From Candidatus Nitrosomaritimum khambatensis (GTDB lineage Archaea; Thermoproteota; Nitrososphaeria; Nitrososphaerales; Nitrosopumilaceae), in NCBI GenBank assembly GCA_011773785.1, contig WVWY01000001.1, positions 3,085 through 67,084 on the forward strand: a stretch of 64,000 bases of DNA, in the 5' to 3' direction. Below the pieces are notes generated by a model. It saw only the letters and a program-made list of their open reading frames with translations, did no database searches and was not told where the DNA came from. Made by a program: the position numbers and the translations under genes. This document shows positions 62,840 through 64,000 of this stretch, in pieces; positions within the stretch are counted from its first letter, which is position 1; the number at the start of each line of letters is the position of its first letter.

Positions 62840-62973
62840 GGCTTGCTCCTTGTAGGCAAATTATTAAATTTACTCTTAGCTGATTTTTTCCAAAAAATTC
62901 GTCTTCACGCTAAAAGCTGAAAACTTTTTATCATTTTTGCCATTATCGGCTAGCTTTTAGCTAATATGCCCAC

Positions 62974-63570
62974 TTGTCTATATTGATATTAACAATGGCA
63001 TTGGTTCCTTTTCTTTCGGATATTTTTACAGATCCTGTATTTTCACTAGTTGGAATTTCAGTTGCATTTGCAATAGGATTGCTGCAGGGAATAATTTTGG
63101 GAAAAGCCATCCTTCTTAGATTTCCTCGCCTTCAAAACAACTTGAAAAAAGTCTCAATCTCTTTGTTTGTTTTATTTTTAATTAATGCAATTTTGAGTGT
63201 TCCAAGATTTGCCTCTCCTGAAAAAATTGACCTTTCTTCTATATCTCAAGCAACAAGTTCTGGAGAAGTTGCATCACTACTATTTCTAATTCTTGGAATC
63301 AATACTGGATTTTTGGCAGTACTTGCAATATCAGTAACTGTGATGACCTTGATTCTTCTAAAAATGAGCCCAATTCATGGAGTATCCAAAATTTTTGTAA
63401 TTTTCTTTAGCATTGTAATTTTGGCGTTTACCGGTCTTAGTAGATTTACTGACCTTACGCCTAGCACCTTTGAAGTCTTTTTGTATTTTCTTTATCAGAT
63501 GGGGCTTACTATTGGAATTTTAGCAGGAACTATCAGAAAGGTTAAACCAAAAAAACCAGACTTGAAATAA
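62974..63570 (+). CDS. Polytopic membrane protein, unknown function
   Basis: About 6 hydrophobic segments, TTG start, and a basic C-terminus 'RKVKPKKPDLK'. Confidence 0.5.
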   Translation: MSILILTMALVPFLSDIFTDPVFSLVGISVAFAIGLLQGIILGKAILLRFPRLQNNLKKVSISLFVLFLINAILSVPRFASPEKIDLSSISQATSSGEVASLLFLILGINTGFLAVLAISVTVMTLILLKMSPIHGVSKIFVIFFSIVILAFTGLSRFTDLTPSTFEVFLYFLYQMGLTIGILAGTIRKVKPKKPDLK

Positions 63571-63632
63571 GAATCTCAAAGGTTTAAATCTACAAAAAAT
63601 TTCCTCATATTGACATCGAATTCAAACCGTTC

Positions 63633-63674
63633 GGGGAACAAGCTGGCAGTCCGTGCGTTGGACTGTCAGCCCCA
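63633..63674. other. GC-rich extended stem-loop between convergent genes
   Basis: 'gctggcagtcc' (63642-52) pairs with 'ggactgtcagc' (63660-70) as 11 bp including one G-U, with loop gtgcgtt. It is flanked by gggg (63633-36) and cccc (63671-74). This is a high-GC island in an AT-rich genome. Confidence 0.3.
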
Positions 63675-63678
63675 TTAA

Positions 63679-64000
63679 TTAATTCAGAGTTTCTAATTCC
63701 TTGACTTGAGTTTTGATATAATCAAAACCTTCTTGCCAAAATTTGGTTGAGGTAATATCTAGACCGTGTTCTGACAAAAGTTCTTCAGGCTTTTTAGATC
63801 CGCCTGCAGCCAAGATATCAAAATAATCGTTTTCAAATTGAGTTCCCTCTTTTTTATATCTCTGAAACAATGACAGTGCAAGCAAGTTTCCAAAAGAGTA
63901 TGCATAGCAGTAAAATGGAGTGTGATAAAAATGAGGAATGCAACTCCACTCTACTGAAAAATCATCAGATAAATTAACAGAATTTCCAAATTGTTCTTTG
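63679..64000 (-). CDS. pepF: 3' part of an oligoendopeptidase F (M3B peptidase) gene that runs off the window
   Basis: The frame stays open to the window edge. '...WSCIPHFYHTPFYCYAYSFGNLLALSLFQRYKKEG...FENDYFDILAAGGSKKPEELL' is typical of the PepF C-terminal region. Confidence 0.8.
   Translation of the reverse strand, partial: KEQFGNSVNLSDDFSVEWSCIPHFYHTPFYCYAYSFGNLLALSLFQRYKKEGTQFENDYFDILAAGGSKKPEELLSEHGLDITSTKFWQEGFDYIKTQVKELETLN

Noticed and set aside
63590-63680. Possible tRNA gene, suggested by the GC-rich stems and a TTCAAAC T-loop-like sequence
   Set aside because: I could not build acceptor, D, anticodon or T arms on either strand. The main stem is 11 bp with no bulge-helix-bulge. 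I kept it only as an unexplained structured element.
1-64000. Search for mobile elements, integrases, CRISPR-Cas, restriction-modification or toxin-antitoxin modules as signs of an accessory island
   Set aside because: I recognised no transposase, integrase or Cas motifs, no direct repeats flanking the tRNA, and no obvious compositional break. The blocks of small unknown genes (45.6-47.9 kb and 51.7-57.3 kb) look like lineage-specific core genes rather than an integrated element.

Overview
This is an AT-rich, densely coding (about 90%) archaeal chromosome segment. The gene content looks like a marine ammonia-oxidising thaumarchaeon (Nitrosopumilus-like). From memory, the ftsZ-like / MiaB-like / fumarase / nirK / serA-like order resembles N. 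maritimus, but I could not verify that here. Housekeeping genes I could recognise: ribosomal proteins L39e (missed by the ORF track), L31e and L15e; Rpo7 (E') with Spt4 (E''); aEF-1beta; Pth2; TruD; CDC48; a DEAD-box helicase; a translationally coupled nurA-herA-mre11-rad50 operon; H+-pyrophosphatase; heme O synthase; NAD de novo genes nadX, nadA and nadC; an Mrp/NBP35 Fe-S carrier; DUF359 dephospho-CoA kinase; pyruvoyl arginine decarboxylase; geranylgeranyl reductase; and a zinc alcohol dehydrogenase. Lineage-typical content: a NirK-like copper nitrite reductase, two multi-cupredoxin proteins, a degenerate FtsZ homologue, PEF(G)-CTERM-tailed secreted proteins, a CFI-box-like secreted protein, and many small membrane or Cys-rich proteins. 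RNA genes: one tRNA-Thr(UGU) and one candidate C/D box sRNA, plus two unexplained structured or GC-rich elements. I saw no rRNA, CRISPR array, transposase or integrase. The observations I rate highest: (1) a secreted mosaic protein of Kazal-like + 3 cupredoxin + single-Cache-like + cupredoxin modules; (2) a CHASE-sensor class III nucleotidyl cyclase sitting inside the NAD gene neighbourhood; (3) a membrane di-cupredoxin gene tightly coupled to a stand-alone JAMM/MPN protease next to ctaB; (4) a perfect palindrome between the TATA box and the start codon of nirK; (5) a likely frameshifted membrane-anchored gene; (6) a duplicated family of small proteins. All family calls come from motif recognition by eye, with no database search, and start codons are best guesses.
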